Origin: Octopus bimaculoides
Taxonomy: Eukaryota
Assembly (NCBI RefSeq): GCF_001194135.2
Contig: NC_068998.1
Coordinates: 50,717,662 to 50,750,872, forward strand
Direction of reading: 5' to 3'
DNA length: 33,211 nucleotides
In this document: in pieces, positions 10,899 to 22,016 of the stretch
Numbering within the stretch: the stretch's first letter is position 1
Layout of the letters: each line of letters starts with the position of its first letter
Translations under genes and position numbers: made by a program
Notes under the pieces: generated by a model
The model's database searches: none
What the model was told of the DNA's origin: nothing
The model's input: only the letters and a program-made list of their open reading frames with translations

Positions 10899-11176
10899 TA
10901 CATATAGGGAGAATTCACAAAAAAAAAAAAAAAAAANNNNNNNNNNNNNNNNNNNNNNNNNNNNNNNNNNNNNNNNNNNNNNNNNNNNNNNNNNNNNNNN
11001 NNNNNNNNNNNNNNNNNNNNNNNNNNNNNNNNNNNNNNNNNNNNNNNNNNNNNNNNNNNNNNNNNNNNNNNNNNNNNNNNNNNNNNNNNNNNNNNNNNNN
11101 NNNNNNNNNNNNNNNNNNNNNNNNNNNNNNNNNNNNNNNNNNNNNNNNNNNNNNNNNNNNNNNNNNNNNNNNNNNN

Positions 11177-11233
<57 letters not shown>

Positions 11234-11265
11234 ATATAATTATGTATGTATGTATATTTGTACAT

Positions 11266-11388
11266 ATCATGAAGAATCCGATTCTCCGTGCTCCACAGAT
11301 CCGGTCGCCTTCGTCGAATATCCTTCCTCAAACGCTTCAAAATGTCGTTGCGTGTGCTCCGACGATCCTCATGCAGAAACTGATGAAT
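11266..11388 (-). pseudogene. Mariner (DD34D-type) transposase catalytic-domain fragment
   Basis: Translates IHQFLHEDRRSTRNDILKRLRKDIRRRRPDLWSTENRILHD, resembling the mariner segment ..L(R/K)RLRE.IRRKRP.LW...WILH(H)DNA just before the second catalytic Asp. Confidence 0.8.
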
Positions 11389-11390
11389 TC

Positions 11391-11521
11391 ATCGGGATTG
11401 ATGAAATAAGTACCAGCTGCATACTGAGGTCGATCTAATCGACTGGTCCCCTTCCCCAGAATTTCGGGTCTTGTGCCTAGGGTAGAAAAGAATATTTCAG
11501 GCCTTGCGCCTGTGGCAGAAA
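11391..11521 (+). mobile_element. SINE family 3, 3' fragment with duplicated tail
   Basis: GATGAAATAAGTACCAG...GGTCGATCTAATCGACT...; tail TTCGGGTCTTGTGCCT repeated as TTCAGGCCTTGCGCCT. Confidence 0.8.
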
Positions 11522-11600
11522 GAAACTTATGTTATACGGTGGAATCCGATTATTGTGATGAAAAATAATATTTTCCTAAACATATCCAAAGCGTAAGCAG

Positions 11601-11603
<3 letters not shown>
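11521..11603 (+). repeat. About 80-bp diverged direct repeat, copy 2
   Basis: See 9822-9903. Confidence 0.75.
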
Positions 11604-11660
<57 letters not shown>

Positions 11661-11779
11661 GGATGGATTTAAAAATCCTTTGGGCAATAACAAAAGAATA
11701 ATAGGTAAGCATACATCCACAGATACGTGCCATGCCGATATCGTCTAACACGCTGGAATAAGCAACTAGCAGACTGGCT

Positions 11780-12220
11780 CGAACACGCAAGCACTCACAC
11801 ACACTCACACACACATACACAGATATTCGCATGCAGGAGCACACACACACACATACACATATACGCACGCTTAAACATAATTCGCGTACAGAAACATGAT
11901 TGTGTATGAACGCGCACAGACGCATGCAGAGACACACGCACGCACTTATTCAGACGCACACGCACACGTACATAGCACACACTCGAACATAGCATACACA
12001 CATGTATACACACACGTACACAGGACGCACACACGCGCACACACAAGTACTCGCAGAGAGCACGCACCGATGCGCATACATATTTGTAGACACGTATACG
12101 CTCACAGGTGCACGCACAGACTCGTACACGCGCACGCACACACACACACACACACACATACACACACAAACGCCTACAGATTCACACTCAGAGAAACACA
12201 CGTGAACATAGGCACACATA
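11780..12220. repeat. Degenerate alternating purine-pyrimidine (CA/CG/TA) tract
   Basis: Read directly from the sequence. Confidence 0.85.
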
Positions 12221-12228
12221 TTCGAAAA

Positions 12229-12374
12229 TGTTAGGAAGCTTGCTTCCCAACCATAAGGTTTCGGGTTCGGTCCCACTGCACGGCACCTTTGAGAAGTGGC
12301 TTCTACTATAGCCAGGGGATGACCAAAGCCTTCTGAGTGAATTTGGTACATGGAAACCGAAAGAAGCCTGACGT
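12229..12374 (+). mobile_element. SINE family 1, 5' module followed by expanded (GT)/(TATG)n
   Basis: GGGTTCGGTCCCACTGCACGGCACCTTTGAGAAG...GGAAACCGAAAGAAGCC. Confidence 0.88.
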
Positions 12375-12434
12375 GTGTGTGTGTATGTATGTATGTATGT
12401 ATGTATCTATCTATCTATCCATCTATCTATATAC

Positions 12435-12481
<47 letters not shown>

Positions 12482-13454
12482 TATATGTATGTGTGTGTGT
12501 GATTATTCGAAATATTAGTCAAATGATTAGTTAATTTGTTAATTTGGTATTAATATGATCAAAGATGAAAAAAAAAAGGTGAAAGAGAGCCGGTGTGCTT
12601 GTTTTCATTGGCAATATGACCCTCCCAAGATAAAGACATTTGTTTCAACACACAATATTACGTCAAACATCATGCTATACAAATGCAAAAGGGATGTGTG
12701 TGTGTGAGAGAGAGAGGAGAGAATGCGTGAGTTTGTATAACACTTAAGTGCTTAGATAAGCACACACACATATGTATGGCTATATGCATATATGTATATA
12801 TGTATATATATATATATGTACATGCATATATTGTACGCATTAAAATAACATGTGTATATATAAATATATATATATGTGTACATATCTGGTAATATATATA
12901 TATATATATGTATATATATGGTAATGTTTATATATATATGCATATCATGGTAGTGTGTACATACTTAGGTATGCTAATACAATACAGTTAAGTGCTTTCG
13001 TGAATGCATTAAACATATACATATGCAGGCACACTAATTTGTGCGCTCACGCGTACGTATGCAACCACACATTCACACATTCGTCTATACATACATACAT
13101 ACATACATACATACCTATATATATACATATACACAAACACATATATATATACATACATATATATTATACATATATTAAACATACATATTATATATGTGTG
13201 TATATGTGCATTTGTTCTGTGCAATTGTATTACATGCGGTTATCGAAGGATGCAGTTAGTTCCACATACGCTTGCACACGCGACACACACACACGCACTT
13301 GGATACACACACACACACACACACACACTTGTTTCACACACAACGCAATTTCTGATAATATAGAATAATTGTGTGTTGTGATAGTTTGACACGCAATCTG
13401 TCTTTAACCAATCTTCCGTACCCCACAAGGCATTCCAAGCCATTACAATAACCA

Positions 13455-13596
13455 ATACTACCACCACCACCTCCACCACCACCACCTCCACCACCACCAA
13501 CACCACTAGCACAACCGCCCCTACCACCACTACCACCACTACCACTACCACCACTACCACAACCACCATCGCCATCACCACCACTACCACCACTAC
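13455..13596. repeat. (ACC/ACT)n microsatellite running into a gap
   Basis: Read directly from the sequence. Confidence 0.95.
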
Positions 13597-14262
13597 NNNN
13601 NNNNNNNNNNNNNNNNNNNNNNNNNNNNNNNNNNNNNNNNNNNNNNNNNNNNNNNNNNNNNNNNNNNNNNNNNNNNNNNNNNNNNNNNNNNNNNNNNNNN
13701 NNNNNNNNNNNNNNNNNNNNNNNNNNNNNNNNNNNNNNNNNNNNNNNNNNNNNNNNNNNNNNNNNNNNNNNNNNNNNNNNNNNNNNNNNNNNNNNNNNNN
13801 NNNNNNNNNNNNNNNNNNNNNNNNNNNNNNNNNNNNNNNNNNNNNNNNNNNNNNNNNNNNNNNNNNNNNNNNNNNNNNNNNNNNNNNNNNNNNNNNNNNN
13901 NNNNNNNNNNNNNNNNNNNNNNNNNNNNNNNNNNNNNNNNNNNNNNNNNNNNNNNNNNNNNNNNNNNNNNNNNNNNNNNNNNNNNNNNNNNNNNNNNNNN
14001 NNNNNNNNNNNNNNNNNNNNNNNNNNNNNNNNNNNNNNNNNNNNNNNNNNNNNNNNNNNNNNNNNNNNNNNNNNNNNNNNNNNNNNNNNNNNNNNNNNNN
14101 NNNNNNNNNNNNNNNNNNNNNNNNNNNNNNNNNNNNNNNNNNNNNNNNNNNNNNNNNNNNNNNNNNNNNNNNNNNNNNNNNNNNNNNNNNNNNNNNNNNN
14201 NNNNNNNNNNNNNNNNNNNNNNNNNNNNNNNNNNNNNNNNNNNNNNNNNNNNNNNNNNNNNN

Positions 14263-14420
14263 GTCGCGTGTTGCGTGTTGTTATACAGTGTGCAATGGTA
14301 GTATGTCACGGAGTTGCGTGGTGTCGTATTATGTGGTCAAATGTGGAGCGCAGTTGCTGCGGCGTGAAGTTTGGAGCGGTGTGCTGTAGTTCAATCTCGT
14401 GCAGCGATGCAGCAGTATGT
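14263..14420. repeat. Degenerate pentamer-period (NNGTG-like) satellite
   Basis: 5-nt periodic GT-rich sequence similar in style to 22015-23105. Confidence 0.6.
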
Positions 14421-14518
14421 CTGCAGGGGTCCTTAAGGGTGTGGCCTCATGTCGTCCTCTCCTTATTCTGGTCGTTCCTGTCATCATTTACCCCAAAATC
14501 AACCCCAAACCAACAGGT

Positions 14519-14692
14519 CTATCATCAAAGGTGTCCCAGCCGTGACCATCACGCCTTTTCGTCGTTTATTCATAAAACAAAACTTAACCAAGAATAATAT
14601 TATCTATCTTGTCTTTCTCCAGCATTTCTGAGATGGGGGTGGGTCTTTGATCTGAAGGAGGTTTAGTTGTTATTTCTAGCAGATTCATCAAC
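14519..14692 (+). mobile_element. Headless bipartite short interspersed element (motif E plus motif G)
   Basis: E: AAAGGTGTCCCAGCCGTGACCATCACGCCTTT; G: GGAGGTTTAGTTGTTATTTCTAGCAG; same order at 24172-24497; G also at 19347-19395 on the minus strand. Confidence 0.6.
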
Positions 14693-14763
<71 letters not shown>

Positions 14764-15177
14764 GAGGTAGGTAGGTAGGTAGGTAGGAGATAGATAGATA
14801 GATAGATAGATACATACATACATACGTACATACATAAAAATATGGTTTCTTAAACAAATAACTAGATATCCGTGTGCACGCAGCCGCATGTGTTTGTGCG
14901 CGCTTGCACGCGTGCGTTAATGTTTGCATGCGTGCATCCATATACTAAAGCGATATTTCTATATCGTACACATATGTCAATGCATGCGTGCAACCCTACA
15001 CTGACGTCAATATTTGGGGTGGGGGTCACAATATTTCCACGCCCACGTGCACATAACGGCAGATATGTACATACAACAATGCAACGCTATGCATATATGC
15101 ACACATGGGTGCATACGAAGCCTTTTAGTGCCGACTCTAGCATTGTATAGATTAATATTCCTCAATATTATATTTCC

Positions 15178-15400
15178 CTTCTTACATTGCGGCCATGCTG
15201 GTGCACCACCTTGAAGAATTTTCCTCGAACCTAGCGATCGTAGTACATTTTTTTATTTTTTAAGTTTTTAAATTTTTTATTTTATTTTATTTTATTTTAT
15301 TTCTGAGCCTGCTATTTATTTCTTGATCTCATTTGCCGAACCGCTAGTTCGATGGGGACTGTAAACGTATCTACACCTGCTGTCAAGCGGTGATGAGGAA
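15178..15400 (-). mobile_element. SINE family 1, 3' module, adjoining long (CA)n
   Basis: TGCGGCCATGCTGGTGCACCACCTTGAAG...TTTGCCGAACCGCTAG...TGTCAAGCGG. Confidence 0.85.
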
Positions 15401-15422
15401 AAAACACAAACAGAAACACACA

Positions 15423-15514
<92 letters not shown>

Positions 15515-15599
15515 CACACAAACACACATACACACACGCGCGTTAGCACACACATACACATATATAATCTCTCCCTCATTATATACATATGTATGTATA

Positions 15600-15630
<31 letters not shown>

Positions 15631-16843
15631 GCGTGTGTGAATGTAAACAGATATACACATGCACTAACACACAAACCATATATATATATATATATATATA
15701 TGCACATATATATGCACATATATATGTATGCATGGACGTATGCATGTTTGTATGTGTGAATGTATGCACGTAAATATACATGACTGCGCATAAATGCGAA
15801 CAACACGCAAACTCCTTGGTTCGCTATTCTAAAGATAACGACGGGAGTCTCACGGTCAAAATTCCTTTAATTATATGTGTTCTTTATCAGAGCGAACCAT
15901 ACGTAGTAGTAAAGAGGAAGAACGAGAGGGGAAAAAAAGAAAGAGAAAGAGATAGAGTAGCGTCGGAGGATATAAGTTTACGAAAACTACTTACAGTTGG
16001 AAGACTGTAAAAACAAATAGTAAATGAGTATATGCATATATACGTACAGGTATGTGCATACCGACATCCACCTGTATGTATAGGTGCATATCTGGGTACA
16101 GGACATTGCAAACAAACGTAGACGAGAAAACACACGAGCCACATAGAGAACATTCTACTTCATCAGCTACCCACGTTTTAACACCGGCGTTTCGACGAGC
16201 TTCGGGCAGGACGCATCGTTAAAACGGCTCATCCCATGGACCGCAGATTAAATTTGTATACGCAAATTAAATCTAGCCATGGAGGAATGTAGTGGCTGAC
16301 AAAAAACAAGNNNNNNNNNNNNNNNNNNNNNNNNNNNNNNNNNNNNNNNNNNNNNNNNNNNNNNNNNNNNNNNNNNNNNNNNNNNNNNNNNNNNNNNNNN
16401 NNNNNNNNNNNNNNNNNNNNNNNNNNNNNNNNNNNNNNNNNNNNNNNNNNNNNNNNNNNNNNNNNNNNNNNNNNNNNNNNNNNNNNNNNNNNNNNNNNNN
16501 NNNNNNNNNNNNNNNNNNNNNNNNNNNNNNNNNNNNNNNNNNNNNNNNNNNNNNNNNNNNNNNNNNNNNNNNNNNNNNNNNNNNNNNNNNNNNNNNNNNN
16601 NNNNNNNNNNNNNNNNNNNNNNNNNNNNNNNNNNNNNNNNNNNNNNNNNNNNNNNNNNNNNNNNNNNNNNNNNNNNNNNNNNNNNNNNNNNNNNNNNNNN
16701 NNNNNNNNNNNNNNNNNNNNNNNNNNNNNNNNNNNNNNNNNNNNNNNNNNNNNNNNNNNNNNNNNNNNNNNNNNNNNNNNNNNNNNNNNNNNNNNNNNNN
16801 NNNNNNTATATATATATATATATATATATATGTATACTGAGCT

Positions 16844-17148
16844 GAGACCCCTTTCGGTTATAACTGACCATGGGATCGTACCTAGAAAGTTACCCTCCGA
16901 AGCACAAGTCCAGGAAAGTCGTTTATGGAAAGCCAGCAGTCACCCATGCATACCAGCCTCCCCTCTCCACACTACTAGTGTTATCCAAGGGAAAGGCAAA
17001 GGGGTCGATACAGCTTGGCACCTGTAACGTCGCAACTCATTTCTACAGCTGAGTGAACTGAATCAATGGGAAAATAAAGTGTCTTGCTCCAGAACACAAC
17101 ACGCACCCCGGTCCGGGATTCGAAATTACAACCTCACTGAGCCCTGCG

Positions 17149-17155
<7 letters not shown>
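16844..17155 (-). mobile_element. tRNA-derived SINE family 4 with internally deleted head
   Basis: Minus strand: A-box remnant GGGCTCAGTG, B box TTCGAATCCCGG, CORE/V-like TGTTCTGGAGCAAGACACTTT, then CAGTTCACTCAGCTGTAGAAATGAGT. Confidence 0.8.
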
Positions 17156-17187
<32 letters not shown>

Positions 17188-17376
17188 ACTTATATATATA
17201 CACATAGATGTGTTTGTGTGGGTGGGTGTGTTATAAGTGTTTCTCATTCAGGTGCAAGACCAGCAATTTTGAGAAAAGAGGATTAACCGATACCACGTGC
17301 TACAGTACTTTACTGAAACTATATTTTATCAATAATGTAATATGGAAGTGTTTACTTATTCACAATATTAGAGGAC

Positions 17377-17480
17377 GAGTCGATGAAATAATTACGGGCC
17401 AAGTACTTGGGTCGATGCAATCGACTTACTCCCCACTCCACCAAACTTGCTGGCTTTGTGCCAAAATTTGAAACAAGCAT
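17377..17480 (+). mobile_element. SINE family 3, 3' fragment
   Basis: Matches the 3' half of 17497-17708 and 11391-11521. Confidence 0.75.
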
Positions 17481-17496
17481 TTGAGGAATGGTTAAA

Positions 17497-17708
17497 GGCT
17501 GTGATCTGGCAGAAACGTTAGCACCCCGGGCGAAATGCTTATTGGTATTTCGTCTGTCTTTACGTTCTGAGTTCAAATTCCGCCGAGGTCGACTTTCATC
17601 TTCTCGGAGTCGATAAAACAAGTAGCTGTCAAATACTGGGGATCAATGTAATCGATTTAAACCCCCACACGCCCCGAATTTGCTGACCTTGTAATAAAAT
17701 TTGAACCC
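17497..17708 (+). mobile_element. SINE family 3, near full length
   Basis: A-box-like TGGCAGAAACGTT; B box GAGTTCAAATTCC; central CTTTCATCTTCTCGGAGTCGATAAAACAAGTA motif. Confidence 0.85.
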
Positions 17709-18354
17709 TATATCAGGGGACGGTTATGAAAGGTTTTTGATTAATATTAAGGGTGGTTAAGAAGTCTGGTGGTTAAAAGAGGGATAAAATTCCTTGTTAC
17801 AGCCACAAGAGAAGACAACTCCGAATACGTTTCGGTCTTATGAAAGCACAACAATGAAGCATAGACGTCACCGTACTTTTTGAAAGTAGTGTTGAGAGAA
17901 TCACTTAGTGAATCAACATCACTGTACGTACGCTGCGTGAGAAAATTTGCATATTCAAATATGCAAAGCTTAAGGACGCTATCATGCATGAAAAATAATA
18001 GTTAAGTGTTATTTTTAGCGTATTTGGTGTTGTGAGCATAAAAATTATAATTAAAAATAATTATGCGATGAATAAAGGACCGCAATGTCCCCAAATGACA
18101 TATTATTTTTGAAAAAAACTGCTTCGGAAAACAATTAAAATAATTAAAATACTCTTGCTGCTTTCTCGGCATAATTATTTTAATTAGATTTGTGATGCTC
18201 ACTACATCAAATTAACCGAGTAATTAACCCCAATGATAATTGTTGTTGTTGTTGTTGTTGTTGCTGCTATTATTATTATTGTTTTGCCATAATGTAATAT
18301 AATGAGTAACATAAAGAGAGAGATGTTTCACTATGAACAATACATGACGGTAGC

Positions 18355-18914
18355 TATTAAGGGTAGTGGTGGTGGTGGTGGTGGTGGTGGTGGTGGATAA
18401 TAATGGTAGCTTTGTAGTATGGAGGCTGGTTGTTACGGGTGGCTTAGGGGTGTGATGGATGGTAATTAGGAGTGGTTAAATGTCGTAGTGAAGGTGGAGG
18501 TTGTTTATTGAGGTGCGGGCTGTTTTCAGGTATGTGGTGGATGGTTATTCCGGGTGGCTTAGCGATGTTGTGTATGATTAAGGATGGCTTGTTGGAGAGC
18601 TGCTAAGTGGTGAGGTGAACCTGAATGTTTATTAAGGGTGGCTTAGGGGCTTTCGTAGATATTTGAGGGTGGCTTGGTGGTGTGGTCATGGTGGATGTTT
18701 ATTAAGGGTAGTTTAGTTGTGTGGAAAATGTTTAAGTGTAGCTGAGGGATGTGATGGGTGCTTATTAGGTGTGGCTATATGGTGTGGTGAACACCGAGGC
18801 CTATTAAGGGTGGCTTAAGAGGTATGGTAGATGTTGAGGTACGGTGGATGTTTATTAAGGGTGGGGTGAAGGTGCGGGTTGTTTATTAAGGGTAGTTTAA
18901 CATTAAGGGTGGCT
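18355..18914 (+). repeat. Degenerate G-rich array with conserved core TTTATTAAGGGTGGCTTA and variable spacers
   Basis: About 15 cores; exact TTAAGGGT at 18357, 18632, 18702, 18804, 18855, 18886 and 18903. Confidence 0.85.
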
Positions 18915-18919
18915 CTAAC

Positions 18920-19006
18920 AGAAGACACCTTCCCAAGATGCCGCGCAGCGAAACTGAACCTGAAACCATGTGGACGCAAAGTGAGTTTCTTAACCACACA
19001 ACCATG
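18920..19006 (-). mobile_element. SINE family 1, head fragment
   Basis: AGAAGACACCTTCCCAAGATGCCGCGCAGCGAAACTGAACC...ACCACACAACC. Confidence 0.8.
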
Positions 19007-19346
19007 AGAGCAAACATGAAGAACAGGTGGAGAAAAATAACCTGACTACAAATCGAACACGTGTCACAGGCGTTACACACGCGTTCATACACACAGGGCG
19101 CTACCCTAGTTACCATCGCTCCATATCATGTTGTCATCGATTGGTCAGATTTACTTTAACAGTAATGACATACCTGTTGGTCTTACATCATCGTCCAGGT
19201 GAACAGCGAGGCGTGGGCGTGCAGACTGTGATAGCGAGTGCGCATGTGCAGACACTACACTAACGTACGGAGCTTAGCTAGGAAAGCTGGCAGGCCTAGA
19301 TTCCTGGTTGCACTGGTGACTTCACACAAGAAGGTAGCTGGTGGTC

Positions 19347-19395
19347 GGTCGCTCGACATGCTAGAAATAACAACCAAATGCCCTTCGATTCACAC
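19347..19395 (-). mobile_element. Motif G copy of the bipartite short element
   Basis: Minus strand GTGTGAATCGAAGGGCATTTGGTTGTTATTTCTAGCATGTCGAGCGACC aligns with 14647-14692 and 24449-24497. Confidence 0.6.
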
Positions 19396-19987
19396 AGTTA
19401 AGAGCTTTAAAATGCGAAAGACTATTTCGATAGACTATTTATTCAAATGAGGAGAGATCGGGGCTCCAGCGCCATTTATCATAGAGCTGCTCTATTTAGT
19501 AGGGGCTGACCTTGAGAAGTAAACCAATTATAACTACTATAACAATGATAACGATCTTCTTTAGATGTATAGGCGTGGTCAGAGATTGCACACTCTGGCA
19601 CGCCATCTGCTTGAATAAAGAATAACTAAGTGTTAATATATTTCCTGAGTTGTATCAAATTCAGCGTCGACTTTTCAACAGCAATAAGTTTGTATGTGTG
19701 TATATATATATATATATAATTATCGTTGTGAGCAGCGCATGCTTGTATGCAGTAGAGGGCTTTGGTGCGTTTTATATGTATGCAGATGTAGGATATCCAT
19801 ACGGATATAAACATACATGAGTGTTTGTGGTTAGGTGTGGGTGTGCGGGCGTGTGTGTCTGTGTATGTGTTTACATTTATGTAGATATATGTGTGCGTTT
19901 GTGTGTAATGTACATAATACATGTCATATGTATAATACACACATACACATACGCATATGTGTGTGCATATATATTTATATGTGTGTG

Positions 19988-20046
<59 letters not shown>

Positions 20047-20597
20047 TTTACATATATAAAATCAAAATAAGCAACAAGGATATTCAAGGTTACTGTGTTG
20101 CTTATTTTGATTTTTGACCACCTTATTTTTGGGAATTGTTTGGATAATACAATACTAAATTCTGGTGCCTAAATTTATTTGCATACATGTATATATANNN
20201 NNNNNNNNNNNNNNNNNNNNNNNNNNNNNNNNNNNNNNNNNNNNNNNNNNNNNNNNNNNNNNNNNNNNNNNNNNNNNNNNNNNNNNNNNNNNNNNNNNNN
20301 NNNNNNNNNNNNNNNNNNNNNNNNNNNNNNNNNNNNNNNNNNNNNNNNNNNNNNNNNNNNNNNNNNNNNNNNNNNNNNNNNNNNNNNNNNNNNNNNNNNN
20401 NNNNNNNNNNNNNNNNNNNNNNNNNNNNNNNNNNNNNNNNNNNNNNNNNNNNNNNNNNNNNNNNNNNNNNNNNNNNNNNNNNNNNNNNNNNNNNNNNNNN
20501 NNNNNNNNNNNNNNNNNNNNNNNNNNNNNNNNNNNNNNNNNNNNNNNNNNNNNNNNNNNNNNNNNNNNNNNNNNNNNNNNNNNNNNNNNNNNNNNNC

Positions 20598-20615
20598 AAA
20601 GCCTTGTGAGTGGAT
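20598..20615 (+). mobile_element. SINE family 1 fragment emerging from a gap
   Basis: CAAAGCCTTGTGAGTGGAT followed by (TA)n. Confidence 0.6.
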
Positions 20616-20645
20616 ATATATATGCATATATATGTATATATATAT

Positions 20646-20688
<43 letters not shown>

Positions 20689-20722
20689 GTGTGTATGTGT
20701 TTGTGCATGTATGTATGTATAC

Positions 20723-20860
20723 ACCAGTTTTCTTTCGGTTCTTGTCTACCAAATCTACAAGGCTTTGGTCGGATCGAGTCTGTATCAGAAGACCCTTGCC
20801 CAAGGTGCCACGCTGCGGGACTGTAGTCGGGAAGCAAACTTCTTGCTACACACCCACCCC
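20723..20860 (-). mobile_element. SINE family 1, 5' module
   Basis: CTACCAAATCTACAAGGCTTTGGTCGG...TTGCCCAAGGTGCCACGC. Confidence 0.85.
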
Positions 20861-20911
20861 TATACACCAGATAAATTCGAAAGCAGATGATTTAATAAAT
20901 TTGGCAATATA

Positions 20912-21041
20912 TACACCAGATAAAAGTCTACACCAGACGATATATACATCAGACACCATATATTCCATACAATATACACACCAGACAATATCTATATCCG
21001 ATTAATATTTACCTCCATAAAAATCTACATCAGATATATCT
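20912..21041. repeat. Degenerate 16-bp tandem repeat (TACACCAGA core), about 8 units
   Basis: Units start at 20912, 20929, 20945, 20961, 20977, 20993, 21010 and 21026. Confidence 0.65.
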
Positions 21042-21763
21042 GATCCTGATGATGTATACAGCATATCTAGCTATTTATCTGTATGTTTGCACGCGTGTAT
21101 TCTTTAAACAAACACTCACATCTATGCATGTGTGCGAGCATAGAGCTGTTTCATAATCTTATGGGTTCCAAATCTGTAACCTTTACCTCACCGAGAAAAA
21201 AAAAATGCTAACCCTGAAGCAATTCGTGTCATCTACCAATCTGAGATCAGAGATTCCATCAAATAGCCGGCAGCAGAAGAGGTCACTTTGAAAAATATTT
21301 CAACGGACAAAATGTCACAATACATAAATTTCAGCTTTACAAAGGGCCAGTTGAGCAACATCTCAGAGTAACTGTCGCTGTGGGCATTAACAAAGACCGA
21401 CCGTAACCAATGAAAACTGACGTAACAATTGCCCTATCGGCATTCAACTTTTCGCTATCATTTCCAAGTAATCCTAATATCATCTGAATGATCGCAGTCA
21501 CGTATACTGTGTGTGTGTTTGCATGTGTGTGCGGGTATGTATGTTTTATGTGCGCGCATGCACGTGTTTGTATACTAGTGTGTGTGCAGGCGCACTCGTA
21601 TGTGTGTGTGTGTGTGTTTGTCTAAAACTCTAAGTTGCAGTGAAGTGAGCCTCGGACTATTTCCCCTAAATGCAAATTCTAGATGCAGGGTTCAAAACAT
21701 GTGTATCCTCTCTGCTTAAGATTAGTATAAGATTACTATAAGACGCGGATATCCCTCATACTC

Positions 21764-21978
21764 GTGTGTGCCTTTGCGTCTATGTTTTACCCCCACCACT
21801 ATTTGGCAGCTGGTGTTTGTGGGTTTACGTTCCCGCAACTTAGCGGTTCAGTAAAACAGACTGATAGAATAGGTACCAGGCTTTAAAAAACAAGTAACTA
21901 AGTCGACTCATTCAACTAAATCCTTCAAGGCGGTGCCCCAGCATGGCCGCAATCTGGAGGAAAAGATAACAGATAAAG
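21764..21978 (+). mobile_element. SINE family 1, 3' module
   Basis: GTTTACGTTCCCGCAACTTAGCGGTTCAG...AAGGCGGTGCCCCAGCATGGCCGC. Confidence 0.85.
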
Positions 21979-21979
21979 G

Positions 21980-22014
<35 letters not shown>

Positions 22015-22016
<2 letters not shown>

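Noticed and set aside
11780-12220. Z-DNA regulatory element
   Set aside because: Alternating purine-pyrimidine tracts are pervasive in this window and nothing singles this one out.
16150-16240. Minus-strand CGAAAC, palindromic stem and downstream CTGATGAG suggesting a hammerhead
   Set aside because: The core and helices cannot be placed in a valid register; at most a PLE terminal relic.
17820-17880. Minus-strand ...CATAAGACCGAAACGTA hammerhead-like right half
   Set aside because: No recognisable CUGANGA core or helix I.
18355-18914. CRISPR-like repeat-spacer layout
   Set aside because: Animal DNA, degenerate non-palindromic repeats, irregular low-complexity spacers and no cas genes.
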